From Spirochaetota bacterium (GTDB lineage: Bacteria > Spirochaetota > UBA4802 > UBA5550), in contig OY760686.1 of assembly GCA_963663865.1 (NCBI GenBank), positions 160,001-224,000 on the forward strand: 64,000 nucleotides of DNA, in the 5' to 3' direction. Below are positions 20,145 to 30,698 of the stretch, piece after piece. The position numbers were made by a program, and so were the translations under genes. Position 1 is the first letter of the stretch, and each line of letters opens with the position of its first letter. The notes under the pieces are model-generated. The model saw only the letters and a program-made list of their open reading frames with translations, made no database searches and was not told the DNA's origin.

Positions 20145-20876
20145 TTAAAACTTTAATACATCAAAGATTATTTGAAAACCAACTTCTGTATAATTGAAAT
20201 CCATCTTAGCACTTGTGCCATAATTTCTTTCTACAAACAATCCTATTCGTACTGACTTCACAATATTGTTTCTATCCGTACTGAAATGTGAATATTTCTC
20301 GTAATTTTTTGAATCACCCGCATCATCTGCAAACTTCTTAGTATAGGACAAGCAACACTTAGCAGACAATCCTGTGTCGGTATATTCAGAGAAATAGACT
20401 TGGTTAACTCCTAATCCCGTGTGGAATTGCAGGCTGTTATAATTATTGTTAAAAAAAACAATGCCAGGGCTTAAGCATCCTGAGAACTTAACAATATTAA
20501 ATTTACTCGGCATATGGTTTACATCCTCAGACAGACCACCAGTAAACGCATACCCCAATGAAACATCTGCTTTAAAATTTAACCAGTTAAATGGTTTATA
20601 AACACAATCTGCCAATAATGTTACTGCGACAAATCCCTGGGTGACGTTATACTCATCTTCATCGGCATCAAGATTTTCATTTAATCTATCTCTCGCTTCT
20701 TTTAAGTACATAAACATTTCATCAGAAACATTAATAATACCTATTGAATACCCTAAACCGAGGCAATACTTATTGGTCAAATTATCAATTTCAAGTTCCT
20801 GTTTTTTATCAGCATAAATTTCATTTAGACTAAAAAGCATAATTATTAGCAGCAAAATTAAATATTTTTTTTTCAT
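20145..20876 (-). CDS. Exported protein, beta-barrel-like (putative immunity of the full-length Rhs)
   Basis: Signal peptide; LGLGYSIG and other strand-like patterns; C-terminus GFQIIFDVLKF; immediately downstream of Rhs. Confidence 0.7.
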   Translation of the reverse strand: MKKKYLILLLIIMLFSLNEIYADKKQELEIDNLTNKYCLGLGYSIGIINVSDEMFMYLKEARDRLNENLDADEDEYNVTQGFVAVTLLADCVYKPFNWLNFKADVSLGYAFTGGLSEDVNHMPSKFNIVKFSGCLSPGIVFFNNNYNSLQFHTGLGVNQVYFSEYTDTGLSAKCCLSYTKKFADDAGDSKNYEKYSHFSTDRNNIVKSVRIGLFVERNYGTSAKMDFNYTEVGFQIIFDVLKF

Positions 20877-20918
20877 ACAAATACCGTAACTTTAAATATT
20901 TATCCCCATCCAGACTAT

Positions 20919-23900
20919 TTAAAAAAATGACCAGGTTGAAATATCTCTAAACCTGTCAAACCAAGCATGCTTTCTTTCCTCAGGTGGTTTGGTTGAGGAC
21001 GAAGAGTCATCTCCCGTTAATCCTTCAATTGGTTCAAAACCAAACAGATCTGTCAAACCCCAATATGTAATCTTTCCATCATCTCCTCCGATATGCAACG
21101 CCATCATTGCTTTATGTGATGCACCTGTTATCTGATCCACTTCCATGGTTAGACCGATTACGAAAGAAAATAGAGAAACATTTTCCATGAAGCTAAATCC
21201 GTCAAATCCAACTCCGCAAGCGACTAATCCAGCAGAAAGACTTAGACCAAGGAGGGTGTGAATTAAATTGTGCTCACAAAATGCGTCTTTATTCCATTTG
21301 CCACTATCTTCATCATATCCCTTGTTATAAATCGGCCCGGCAAAAAAGGATCCGAGTCCCCGTCTTGAAATCTCTGAAAAGCCAAGTGATGCTCCAATAC
21401 AGGCCCCGTTTATTGCTCCTGTAACCGCTCCAACTGAATTTCCTGTTATATAACCAGTTGTGCTATATTGAACCATGTACCAGGACATTCCAAAAGCATT
21501 GTTGAATCCCATTGTAGCTCCAACAGCCCCGCCGGCTACGCCACCAACCACTGCACCGGTAATTGCTCCGGCTACAACACCTTCTGGTCCATATTGTGCT
21601 CCTGCGAGAGCTCCGACATAGGCACCTGCCGCTGCACCAGCGATTGAACCGCCCACGGCCGAAACAATCTTTGTTGTTACTCCTTTAACCGACCAGTGCC
21701 CATTCCTGTCGATGAACATCAACGGATTGTTATTTACGTATGAATACCTGTTAAAGGCCTGTGTGTTCACTACCCCCGGGACAATGCTGTCCGCAGACAA
21801 AAACCTCCCAACAACAGGATCATAGAACCTTGCCTTGTAGTACAACAGCCCGGTTTTTACACCATCATCTGCCTGCCCTGTAAACTTCTGACTGAAGATG
21901 TTTTTGGATGCTTCAACAGTCCCTGTTGTTTCTCCGTATGGGGTGTAGTTCATGCGGGTTACTATTTTACCCGCTGAATCTGTCAGGCAGGCTATGCTTC
22001 CGAGATGGTCCGGGTGAAAGTAGTATGTGCCTGTTGTCGGAAGGCCTGACTCGTCGTAGTTGGGAAGAGGTGTCTGGCCTGTTGTCCCGCATTCTGGTGT
22101 TGTATCATCACCAGCTGCATCACCTCCCGTTGTGCTGTCTACATTGTCCTCTACAGCTGGTTGATCGTTCCTTGCTTCAACCTTATCGTCGCAAGCAGTC
22201 AGAAAGATCATAGAAAATAATGCTGTAACCATGACAGAAGAAACGGCTTTCTTGGAATAGGAATACCCGGCTGGTCTGAGCCCTTTGAATCTGCGTTTAA
22301 CACCAGTGACTACAATAGACCCAGCCAGAGCCAAAGCAAGAAATAGAATTAATGCAATATTGATATACCTGATATTCTTCACAGAACCGGTAAAATTTTC
22401 AAGCCCTATTAGACCTCTGGCAAAGTACTTTATTAAGCCGCTTCCGCCATAGCCGTTATCATACGACCATCCGTTTTTATCACATGCGGCTATGAGAGTT
22501 GGAGCGGTAGTCGTAACCTGTGCGGCAATATCTCCTTCCATGCCGTAAATGAATTTTGTATGCTGATCAATTCTCGCTTTTGCCTTTACAACCTGATATA
22601 TTCCATTGATGTTATATATCGTAGTGCCGTCCTGACGCACCTGCTTTATGCGGTGGCCTGTATAATCGTAGAAATTCTTCTGAACAATGCCCCCGCTTTT
22701 TAGTACACTAATAAGGCGGTTATTTGTATCGTACAAGTACTCATTATCTCTGCCTTTAACCATGTTCCCGGCATAGTCATAGCTGTAATGGTTTCCATGT
22801 CCGTCAAAGGTAACAGCATTTGGATGAGCCGGATCATCATACATGAGAGTCCCATGGGAGTTATGTGTAAGATTCCCTCCCGGTGAATATGAGTAATTTT
22901 CTTCACCGTAAATACCTCTGGCATATACGAGTCTTTTCAGGCTGTCATATTTAAAACTCTGGGATATGTCGCTCACTGCCTTCAGAGAATCATTAATCGC
23001 TGTAATATTCCCTGCTTTATCGTATGTATACGAGTTGTTTTCGAGGGTTTCGCCTTTGCTGTTGTAGCTTGCGAGATTGACCGGCTGCATTGTCGCCGGA
23101 TTGTAATCAATTATCGTCTCCGTAGAATCGCCTGTTATTCTGAAGACACTGTTTACAGCGGAGCTGCCAGAAGGATTAAGACCGTATTGAATATAAGCCC
23201 CTCCATCTTCTGCATTCGTGACGCTTTGCAAATATCCGGGTTCAGCGTAATTCCTTTCAATTCTGGTATTATCAGGAAATATTATTGATGTCATTTTCCC
23301 GGCTAAATTGTATTCCATCATGAAAACGTAATTTGTCGAATCTACCCGTTTTCGTGTATAAACAGTATTTCCATTTTCATCATAAGAGTATTTTGTAATG
23401 CAATTAGCCTCTTCAACAGCGGTCAACCTGCCAATTCCATTGGAAGCTGATGCTTCGTCGTAAGTAAACGTAACATCCGATGTTGCATCTTCGTCGTCAT
23501 AATCTATAGCCGTTTTTCTGCCTATTGCATCATAGCTGTAATTTACTATTCTATCATTTGCGTCTAATTTGCCCGTCATTCTTCCACACGCATCATAGGT
23601 AAAATATGTGATACCTGAATTGGGTTCTGTAATGGAAGTCCTCTGTCCAAGAGAATCATAGTTTATTGAAGTTATATTGTTATCCGCGTCAATTACAGAG
23701 ATAAGCCTATCAGCCGCGTCATATTGATATGAAATTGATGCAAGACCTCCTTCCCGTTTCGCTATAAGGCGGTTCCGTGAATCATAGTCTGACACAGTAA
23801 CAGAGCCAGAGGGATCAGTTTGCGTGACCGTGAAAATACCGGAACTGCCTGAATAGGCTGTTGCATAGGTAACATTTTCGGTTTCACTAATTGGTCGTGT

Positions 23901-26900
23901 TTCACGCACTACCCTGCCCAGATAGTCATAGCTGAATTTGCGATAGAGAGATACCTGTTTCCCCATAATATATGGAAGACTTTTTCGAATTATTTGACCG
24001 GCAGAATTATATTCTGTCTCTTCTACCCGCCAAATTGATTCTCCGTTTATTTCACCGGCGCTTGTCCACTTCCTGTATTCTCTGTTGAATGGATCCACAT
24101 AGGATTTGGTTATTACACAGCTGCCGTAAACATCAATATAGTTAATCGTTTTAATACACCGCAAAAGTGATCCTGTGTGGCTATCATCATAATCAATTTC
24201 TTTCTTTAAATCACCATTTGCATCATAAACTGCGATTTCCCGTCCCCTTTCATCATATTGTGTCTCTGTTGTGTTCCCGGCAGCATCTGTCTTATAAACA
24301 GCTTTTCCAAACACGGGCTCATACTCAGTTTCAACCTTTTGACCAAGGGCATTAGTAATAGAAATAGGAAAGGCCCTGTAATTACCGTCATATTCTATAC
24401 TGGTTACATTTCCCATCGCATCAGTTACAGAAATAATATTACCGCATTCGTCATAGCTGAATTTTTCAACCCTGGTTTTGCCGGATTCAAAGCCTGATGT
24501 AATGGAGATTAAATTGTCATCATGGTATTCATATATTTTCTTTTCGACAACAAGAGGACCTGAGTATTTTTTCACAGAATACGGTCTCCCGAATATCCAG
24601 CTGTCCGAATCACTGTTGTATGTTATATCAGTAACGACATCAGGAGTTCCTGTTGATGAATCTACAATTTTTAGAGGATTTCCCATTATATCATATGTGT
24701 ATCTTTTGCTTTTAGTATAAACTGGAATGCCGGATTCGTACGAAGCGGAATTTATACTTAGCACATTAACCGCATGCGTTCCAGCAAAAAAGGTCGATGA
24801 ATCTGAACTATATGAGTAACTGTCTACTTTTTGAACAACATCCTGAAAAAGACTACCCCGGATATAAGTCGTTACAACTTCAGGTTTACCAGCATACCAC
24901 TCCTCTTGATAGTAGTCTGTTACCGTCTTAGACCCTGTTGCAACATCTGTCACTGTTATCGTTTTAAAACCAAGGTTCTGTTTTTCAGATGGGGCCCCCA
25001 TATATATTTTAGCATCATAATAACTGTAGTCTGAACCGAACTCATTACCGGCATCATCATGCTGCCGTATAGAAGTTACGAGCATTCTTGGGGAAGTGTT
25101 GGATGTATATGGATAATTTGATGAAGTGGAAACAATTGCACCTGGAACTCGCGTAGCATTAGTATAGGTTACAGATATTGTCACCCCCGAATATAAAGAA
25201 ATTTCGTTTATTCTGGCACCTGCAGGATTGCCAGAATAATACTGGATATCAATAATACCATCCTCATGATTGCTATAACCTATATCACATATTCCATCGC
25301 CATTAAAGTCTCCGGTAATTATCCTGTCATCCTGGTCGACATCTTTTGAAACACAATCCCATGTAAAATCGTAAGTTGTTGAATCAGACGTTGTATACCT
25401 GTAAAACAGTCCTGTAAAGAATCTGTCATCATTATAGTCACTGTACAGTATATCGTCATAGCCGTCACCGTCAGCATCTATTGCATAAGCATAGTCGTTG
25501 TGATCAATGTCTGCATACATAGACGGTCTTGAAACACTTTCAAACCAGAATCCATTTCCAAATGAATATGAAAAGCCAACATGAATGCAGTTTTCACTTT
25601 CACTGCTGTCTCCAAAAGCAATGTCAGTTCTACCGTCACCATTGAAATCTCCGGAAAATAGCTGTTCTTCCTTTCTTAAACCTAATCGGGTATCACTTGA
25701 CCAGTCAAACCCGGAACCGGTTGACAAACCGATATAGATCAGATCTTTTTCAGGACACGCATAACAGATATCTGACTTGCCATCTCCATTAAAATCTCCG
25801 GCAGTAACCTGTTCATCCTGTCGAATATCTGTATCTGGAGTCCTCTCTATAAAATACCATTTGAAGGAATTTTCAGTAGAAATACCGATTACTATCCTGT
25901 TATCATCAAAATCACTATAGAAAATATCAGATAAACCATCACCGTTTATATCTATTGAAAAAACACTGTCCTCGTCATCTATAGAATCAGATGTTTTCCT
26001 CTCTATTTGTTTCCATGAAAATGATCTTCCGGTAGAATATCCAATCCACAGACAGTCTTTGGAATCATTGCTGTCACTATAAGCAATATCAGTTTTGCCG
26101 TCCCCATTGAAGTCCCCGGTAAATGGAATTTCGGACCCTGAAATATTACTTTTCAGGCTTCTTGTGAAATTATACCAGATAAACGTTTTATAGCTGGTTG
26201 CGTAACCAACATGCATCACATCACTTTCATAATCACTGTAACAAATATCTGTATAGCCATCTCCATCAAAGTCACCGGTTATTACTTTATCATCCTCATC
26301 CGGAGCATAAAGAAGAGATGACCACGAATAACCGCCTTCAGCTGAATCCCAGGAAAAGGATTGAGAATCAACAAGCCGTCCACGGCTGCTGTATTTTGCA
26401 TAACTGGACAACAGGCTTTCCCGTGAACCCGAGCTGTTATCATATTTGTAATCTAATTCATATGTGTAAACAGTATCTCCAATGAGCCATGAGGGAATCA
26501 GAAAACCTCCAGGCATACATCTGTCAATACTGACTTCTATTGAAGACAATCGATATCTGGTCGCTACTGTTGTGGCGTATGTGTACTTATCAGAATAATC
26601 GGTTCTATGTTCATAATCAAAGTCAATTATCCTGTAGCTGGAAATCCCGTTCCCCTGGGTATAAACAATTCTTTTTGGATAGTATTCACCCCGGTCCTGC
26701 ATATACTCCACGGTATAATAATTACCGTGAACATCTTCAACTTTTGACAAAGCCCAGACCCGTATAAAGCTGTTTATATGAGATGTAGCTACATTGGCGC
26801 TATCTGAGTCGGAATCATATTTCCCATAGTAATACTTTGTTCCATCTTTTAGGGTTTCAATCCAGTATTCCGGCGATTTGTCTGAATATCTTGAACCACA

Positions 26901-27260
26901 GGCCTGTATACGCGAATAGTTCTCATTCTCATAGTGATAGGTACCATCCGCCTGCCGCATAAGCCTGCCGCCGTTAGTGCCAACATAACTGTCACTTTCT
27001 GTATAGGTAATTTCCGATGTTGTATCGCGTGTAATATATGGTAGTCCTGAAAGGCTCCATCCCTTTCCTATAATGCCGTTTGGTCCTTCAGAACTATACG
27101 TAAGAGCCAATTTGGGACTCATCCCCATTGTCCCTGGAGGAAGCTGAAGGTCAATAGAGTGAGACAAAAAGCCATTAATATCAGCTTCAGCTGCGGATAA
27201 AATAATCGGAGCTGATAAAAACAAAAAATGTATTATAAAGATTGTAAAAATATGTTTCAT
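20919..27260 (-). CDS. SpvB / FG-GAP / TcdB-midN / YD-repeat Rhs protein with glycine-zipper C-terminus
   Basis: Signal peptide; LPPG...PKLALTYSS...GKGWSL; repeated GDFNGDG; LGFKTITVTD; YD repeats; YFHPDHLGS, YTPYGE, YYKARFYDPVVGRF, NNPLMFIDRNG. Confidence 0.95.
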   Translation of the reverse strand: MKHIFTIFIIHFLFLSAPIILSAAEADINGFLSHSIDLQLPPGTMGMSPKLALTYSSEGPNGIIGKGWSLSGLPYITRDTTSEITYTESDSYVGTNGGRLMRQADGTYHYENENYSRIQACGSRYSDKSPEYWIETLKDGTKYYYGKYDSDSDSANVATSHINSFIRVWALSKVEDVHGNYYTVEYMQDRGEYYPKRIVYTQGNGISSYRIIDFDYEHRTDYSDKYTYATTVATRYRLSSIEVSIDRCMPGGFLIPSWLIGDTVYTYELDYKYDNSSGSRESLLSSYAKYSSRGRLVDSQSFSWDSAEGGYSWSSLLYAPDEDDKVITGDFDGDGYTDICYSDYESDVMHVGYATSYKTFIWYNFTRSLKSNISGSEIPFTGDFNGDGKTDIAYSDSNDSKDCLWIGYSTGRSFSWKQIERKTSDSIDDEDSVFSIDINGDGLSDIFYSDFDDNRIVIGISTENSFKWYFIERTPDTDIRQDEQVTAGDFNGDGKSDICYACPEKDLIYIGLSTGSGFDWSSDTRLGLRKEEQLFSGDFNGDGRTDIAFGDSSESENCIHVGFSYSFGNGFWFESVSRPSMYADIDHNDYAYAIDADGDGYDDILYSDYNDDRFFTGLFYRYTTSDSTTYDFTWDCVSKDVDQDDRIITGDFNGDGICDIGYSNHEDGIIDIQYYSGNPAGARINEISLYSGVTISVTYTNATRVPGAIVSTSSNYPYTSNTSPRMLVTSIRQHDDAGNEFGSDYSYYDAKIYMGAPSEKQNLGFKTITVTDVATGSKTVTDYYQEEWYAGKPEVVTTYIRGSLFQDVVQKVDSYSYSSDSSTFFAGTHAVNVLSINSASYESGIPVYTKSKRYTYDIMGNPLKIVDSSTGTPDVVTDITYNSDSDSWIFGRPYSVKKYSGPLVVEKKIYEYHDDNLISITSGFESGKTRVEKFSYDECGNIISVTDAMGNVTSIEYDGNYRAFPISITNALGQKVETEYEPVFGKAVYKTDAAGNTTETQYDERGREIAVYDANGDLKKEIDYDDSHTGSLLRCIKTINYIDVYGSCVITKSYVDPFNREYRKWTSAGEINGESIWRVEETEYNSAGQIIRKSLPYIMGKQVSLYRKFSYDYLGRVVRETRPISETENVTYATAYSGSSGIFTVTQTDPSGSVTVSDYDSRNRLIAKREGGLASISYQYDAADRLISVIDADNNITSINYDSLGQRTSITEPNSGITYFTYDACGRMTGKLDANDRIVNYSYDAIGRKTAIDYDDEDATSDVTFTYDEASASNGIGRLTAVEEANCITKYSYDENGNTVYTRKRVDSTNYVFMMEYNLAGKMTSIIFPDNTRIERNYAEPGYLQSVTNAEDGGAYIQYGLNPSGSSAVNSVFRITGDSTETIIDYNPATMQPVNLASYNSKGETLENNSYTYDKAGNITAINDSLKAVSDISQSFKYDSLKRLVYARGIYGEENYSYSPGGNLTHNSHGTLMYDDPAHPNAVTFDGHGNHYSYDYAGNMVKGRDNEYLYDTNNRLISVLKSGGIVQKNFYDYTGHRIKQVRQDGTTIYNINGIYQVVKAKARIDQHTKFIYGMEGDIAAQVTTTAPTLIAACDKNGWSYDNGYGGSGLIKYFARGLIGLENFTGSVKNIRYINIALILFLALALAGSIVVTGVKRRFKGLRPAGYSYSKKAVSSVMVTALFSMIFLTACDDKVEARNDQPAVEDNVDSTTGGDAAGDDTTPECGTTGQTPLPNYDESGLPTTGTYYFHPDHLGSIACLTDSAGKIVTRMNYTPYGETTGTVEASKNIFSQKFTGQADDGVKTGLLYYKARFYDPVVGRFLSADSIVPGVVNTQAFNRYSYVNNNPLMFIDRNGHWSVKGVTTKIVSAVGGSIAGAAAGAYVGALAGAQYGPEGVVAGAITGAVVGGVAGGAVGATMGFNNAFGMSWYMVQYSTTGYITGNSVGAVTGAINGACIGASLGFSEISRRGLGSFFAGPIYNKGYDEDSGKWNKDAFCEHNLIHTLLGLSLSAGLVACGVGFDGFSFMENVSLFSFVIGLTMEVDQITGASHKAMMALHIGGDDGKITYWGLTDLFGFEPIEGLTGDDSSSSTKPPEERKHAWFDRFRDISTWSFF

Positions 27261-27553
27261 AAACAGCTCCATATCATTTTCATATTAAACAGTTAATAAC
27301 TTATAATTATTACACTATAAATAGAAAAACAACTCCCGTTTTTGTCCAACAGTCCAGTAGAGCTCAATCCATTGTCACGGTCAAGAAATAATTCCCTATT
27401 AGTGCTATATTGCTCCAATCCCACTATAATTATCAGTGACTGTTAAGACACATAAAACAGAACCCTGGAGCATTACACACTAATGACGAATTTCGATTGA
27501 CTTTTTTGCACCATTAAACAGTCTGTCTGGATTTTATTTTTTGGGAGGAAACC

Positions 27554-28831
27554 ATGAAGAAATTAAAAGCTTTAACTATGCTGCTGTTCACGGCAGCAAT
27601 TCTTGCAGCATGCGACTCTTCGGATTCATCAGATTCTGACTACGGAGCAACGTACGGCGGATGGGTTTATGACGTTACCACCGGTTCGCAGATCACAGAT
27701 TATGAAATATTCATTGATACAGCGAATCAGCGCTACAAAGGTTCAGTAAACAAAGAAGGAAAGTTCTCTATTGACGGTGTTCCATATAACGCAGACTACC
27801 GTGTAACTGTATCGGCCGATAATTACACCACATTCTATTCAACAAACCTCAAGAGCGACACAGAAGTTTATGATGCAGAGGATAACGATTCAGGAGAGGT
27901 TTATTCAGAATCAGTTCAAAATAACAGCTGGGAAATTAATCTCAGATATGTGCCAATGGTTCCAGCAACTGTAACGAGCACAGCCTTTACAGCGAATATT
28001 TATGACCAGACAACAGGAAACAGAATATCATCGGGAAATTACAAGCTTGTAAGAGGAGACCTGTCCTCAAACATAAGCAGCATCGGGGGAAGCTCATCAA
28101 TAGGAACCTGGACTCAGGACGCCAATATTGTAGGCGGTTCTTTTACAGAAGGCACAATAACTGTCAATCAGGGAGAGCTTCTGTATGGATATAAATATAG
28201 TATTCAGATTTTCAACTCAACCGGCTATTATGACAATCTGACATCTACAACTTTTGATCCTATGACATATAATTCAAACTCACCTTACAGCATTACGCTA
28301 ACTCCAATCAATGAAGACATCAGTGTTTCATTAATTGCAGTGAATGTGCTTGATGCAGACCTTGAACCTGTTGAACTGAGCTTAACCCGTCAGGTCATCT
28401 TTACTTTTAATCAAAGCATTAGCATTCTTCCAGACTGGGGAATTGACACTCATGGCAATCCTGAAACATATCTTGATGGTCAAACATTTCTTACAATATC
28501 CTCAACAACGAACACTGACAATGACGGTTCAACAATTACCATGTCAGCAGAGGGAAATACCGCCTCTGGAGTTTCTCAGTGGATAACACCAACCGTATCA
28601 GGCAATCAATTGATTATTACAATAGCATCTGATACTACAATTCTTGACACAAACGATACAGACGACGACCTTACCTACAGTTTGCAGGGGCTTGCCAATC
28701 TGTACTTAGCCCCGGCCGGAGGAGCATCTTTAAGCTCAAGTTCAAACTACGTAACTCTTGAATCACTGTTAAATACATTCTCCGGTTTAAATACTCTTCC
28801 GATTATCATAAGGAACACTTCAGAGGATTAA
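27554..28831 (+). CDS. Ser/Thr-rich beta-sandwich surface lipoprotein
   Basis: ILAAC lipobox; GWVYDVTTG...GKFSIDGVP...YRVTVSA carboxypeptidase-regulatory-like domain; divergent from Rhs. Confidence 0.72.
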   Translation: MKKLKALTMLLFTAAILAACDSSDSSDSDYGATYGGWVYDVTTGSQITDYEIFIDTANQRYKGSVNKEGKFSIDGVPYNADYRVTVSADNYTTFYSTNLKSDTEVYDAEDNDSGEVYSESVQNNSWEINLRYVPMVPATVTSTAFTANIYDQTTGNRISSGNYKLVRGDLSSNISSIGGSSSIGTWTQDANIVGGSFTEGTITVNQGELLYGYKYSIQIFNSTGYYDNLTSTTFDPMTYNSNSPYSITLTPINEDISVSLIAVNVLDADLEPVELSLTRQVIFTFNQSISILPDWGIDTHGNPETYLDGQTFLTISSTTNTDNDGSTITMSAEGNTASGVSQWITPTVSGNQLIITIASDTTILDTNDTDDDLTYSLQGLANLYLAPAGGASLSSSSNYVTLESLLNTFSGLNTLPIIIRNTSED

Positions 28832-28878
28832 TGGCCTTATCATTGATAAGTCGACCTCAATCCTGTTAAAGTCCTGAT

Positions 28879-28907
28879 AAAAATGCCCCGTTCCCGGGGC
28901 ATTTTTT
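28879..28907. terminator. Bidirectional intrinsic terminator
   Basis: AAAAATGCCCCG-TTCC-CGGGGCATTTTTT between convergent genes. Confidence 0.85.
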
Positions 28908-28944
28908 ATTGTAGATTTTTATATTTAACTGTTATATTAAGCTG

Positions 28945-30315
<1,371 letters not shown>

Positions 30316-30698
30316 TTATGGTTTGAAAAACAATCCATAGTGGAGACCGCAAGAGACATTGGTAAAGACATATTTGTATCATATTTCGGCCATATTCGTT
30401 TATTTTACATGTTTGTAACATTTCATTGCTACGTTTATGTAAATTTTTCATCTCCCAGTTTTTCAGTCATACAGCATTTTTTCAACTTTTCAGACTCAAC
30501 AGCACTGTTCTTTCATGATAGCGTCCTATGAGGTTTATTTAAAATACAGTTTCAGCCGCCAGAAATAAACCAGTAAACACGGTCTCTCCTCTAATGAGAC
30601 ATAAAATATTATTGACATATACTCCGTTAATGATCATGCTATAATAAAGTATATTCTGCTTTGCGGGCCCCTGGGCCGGCGCATATTCATCTAACCTC

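Noticed and set aside
15775-22253. Diversity-generating retroelement (TR/VR) explanation for the Rhs duplicates
   Set aside because: Differences are mostly synonymous and not adenine-specific, and no reverse transcriptase is present.
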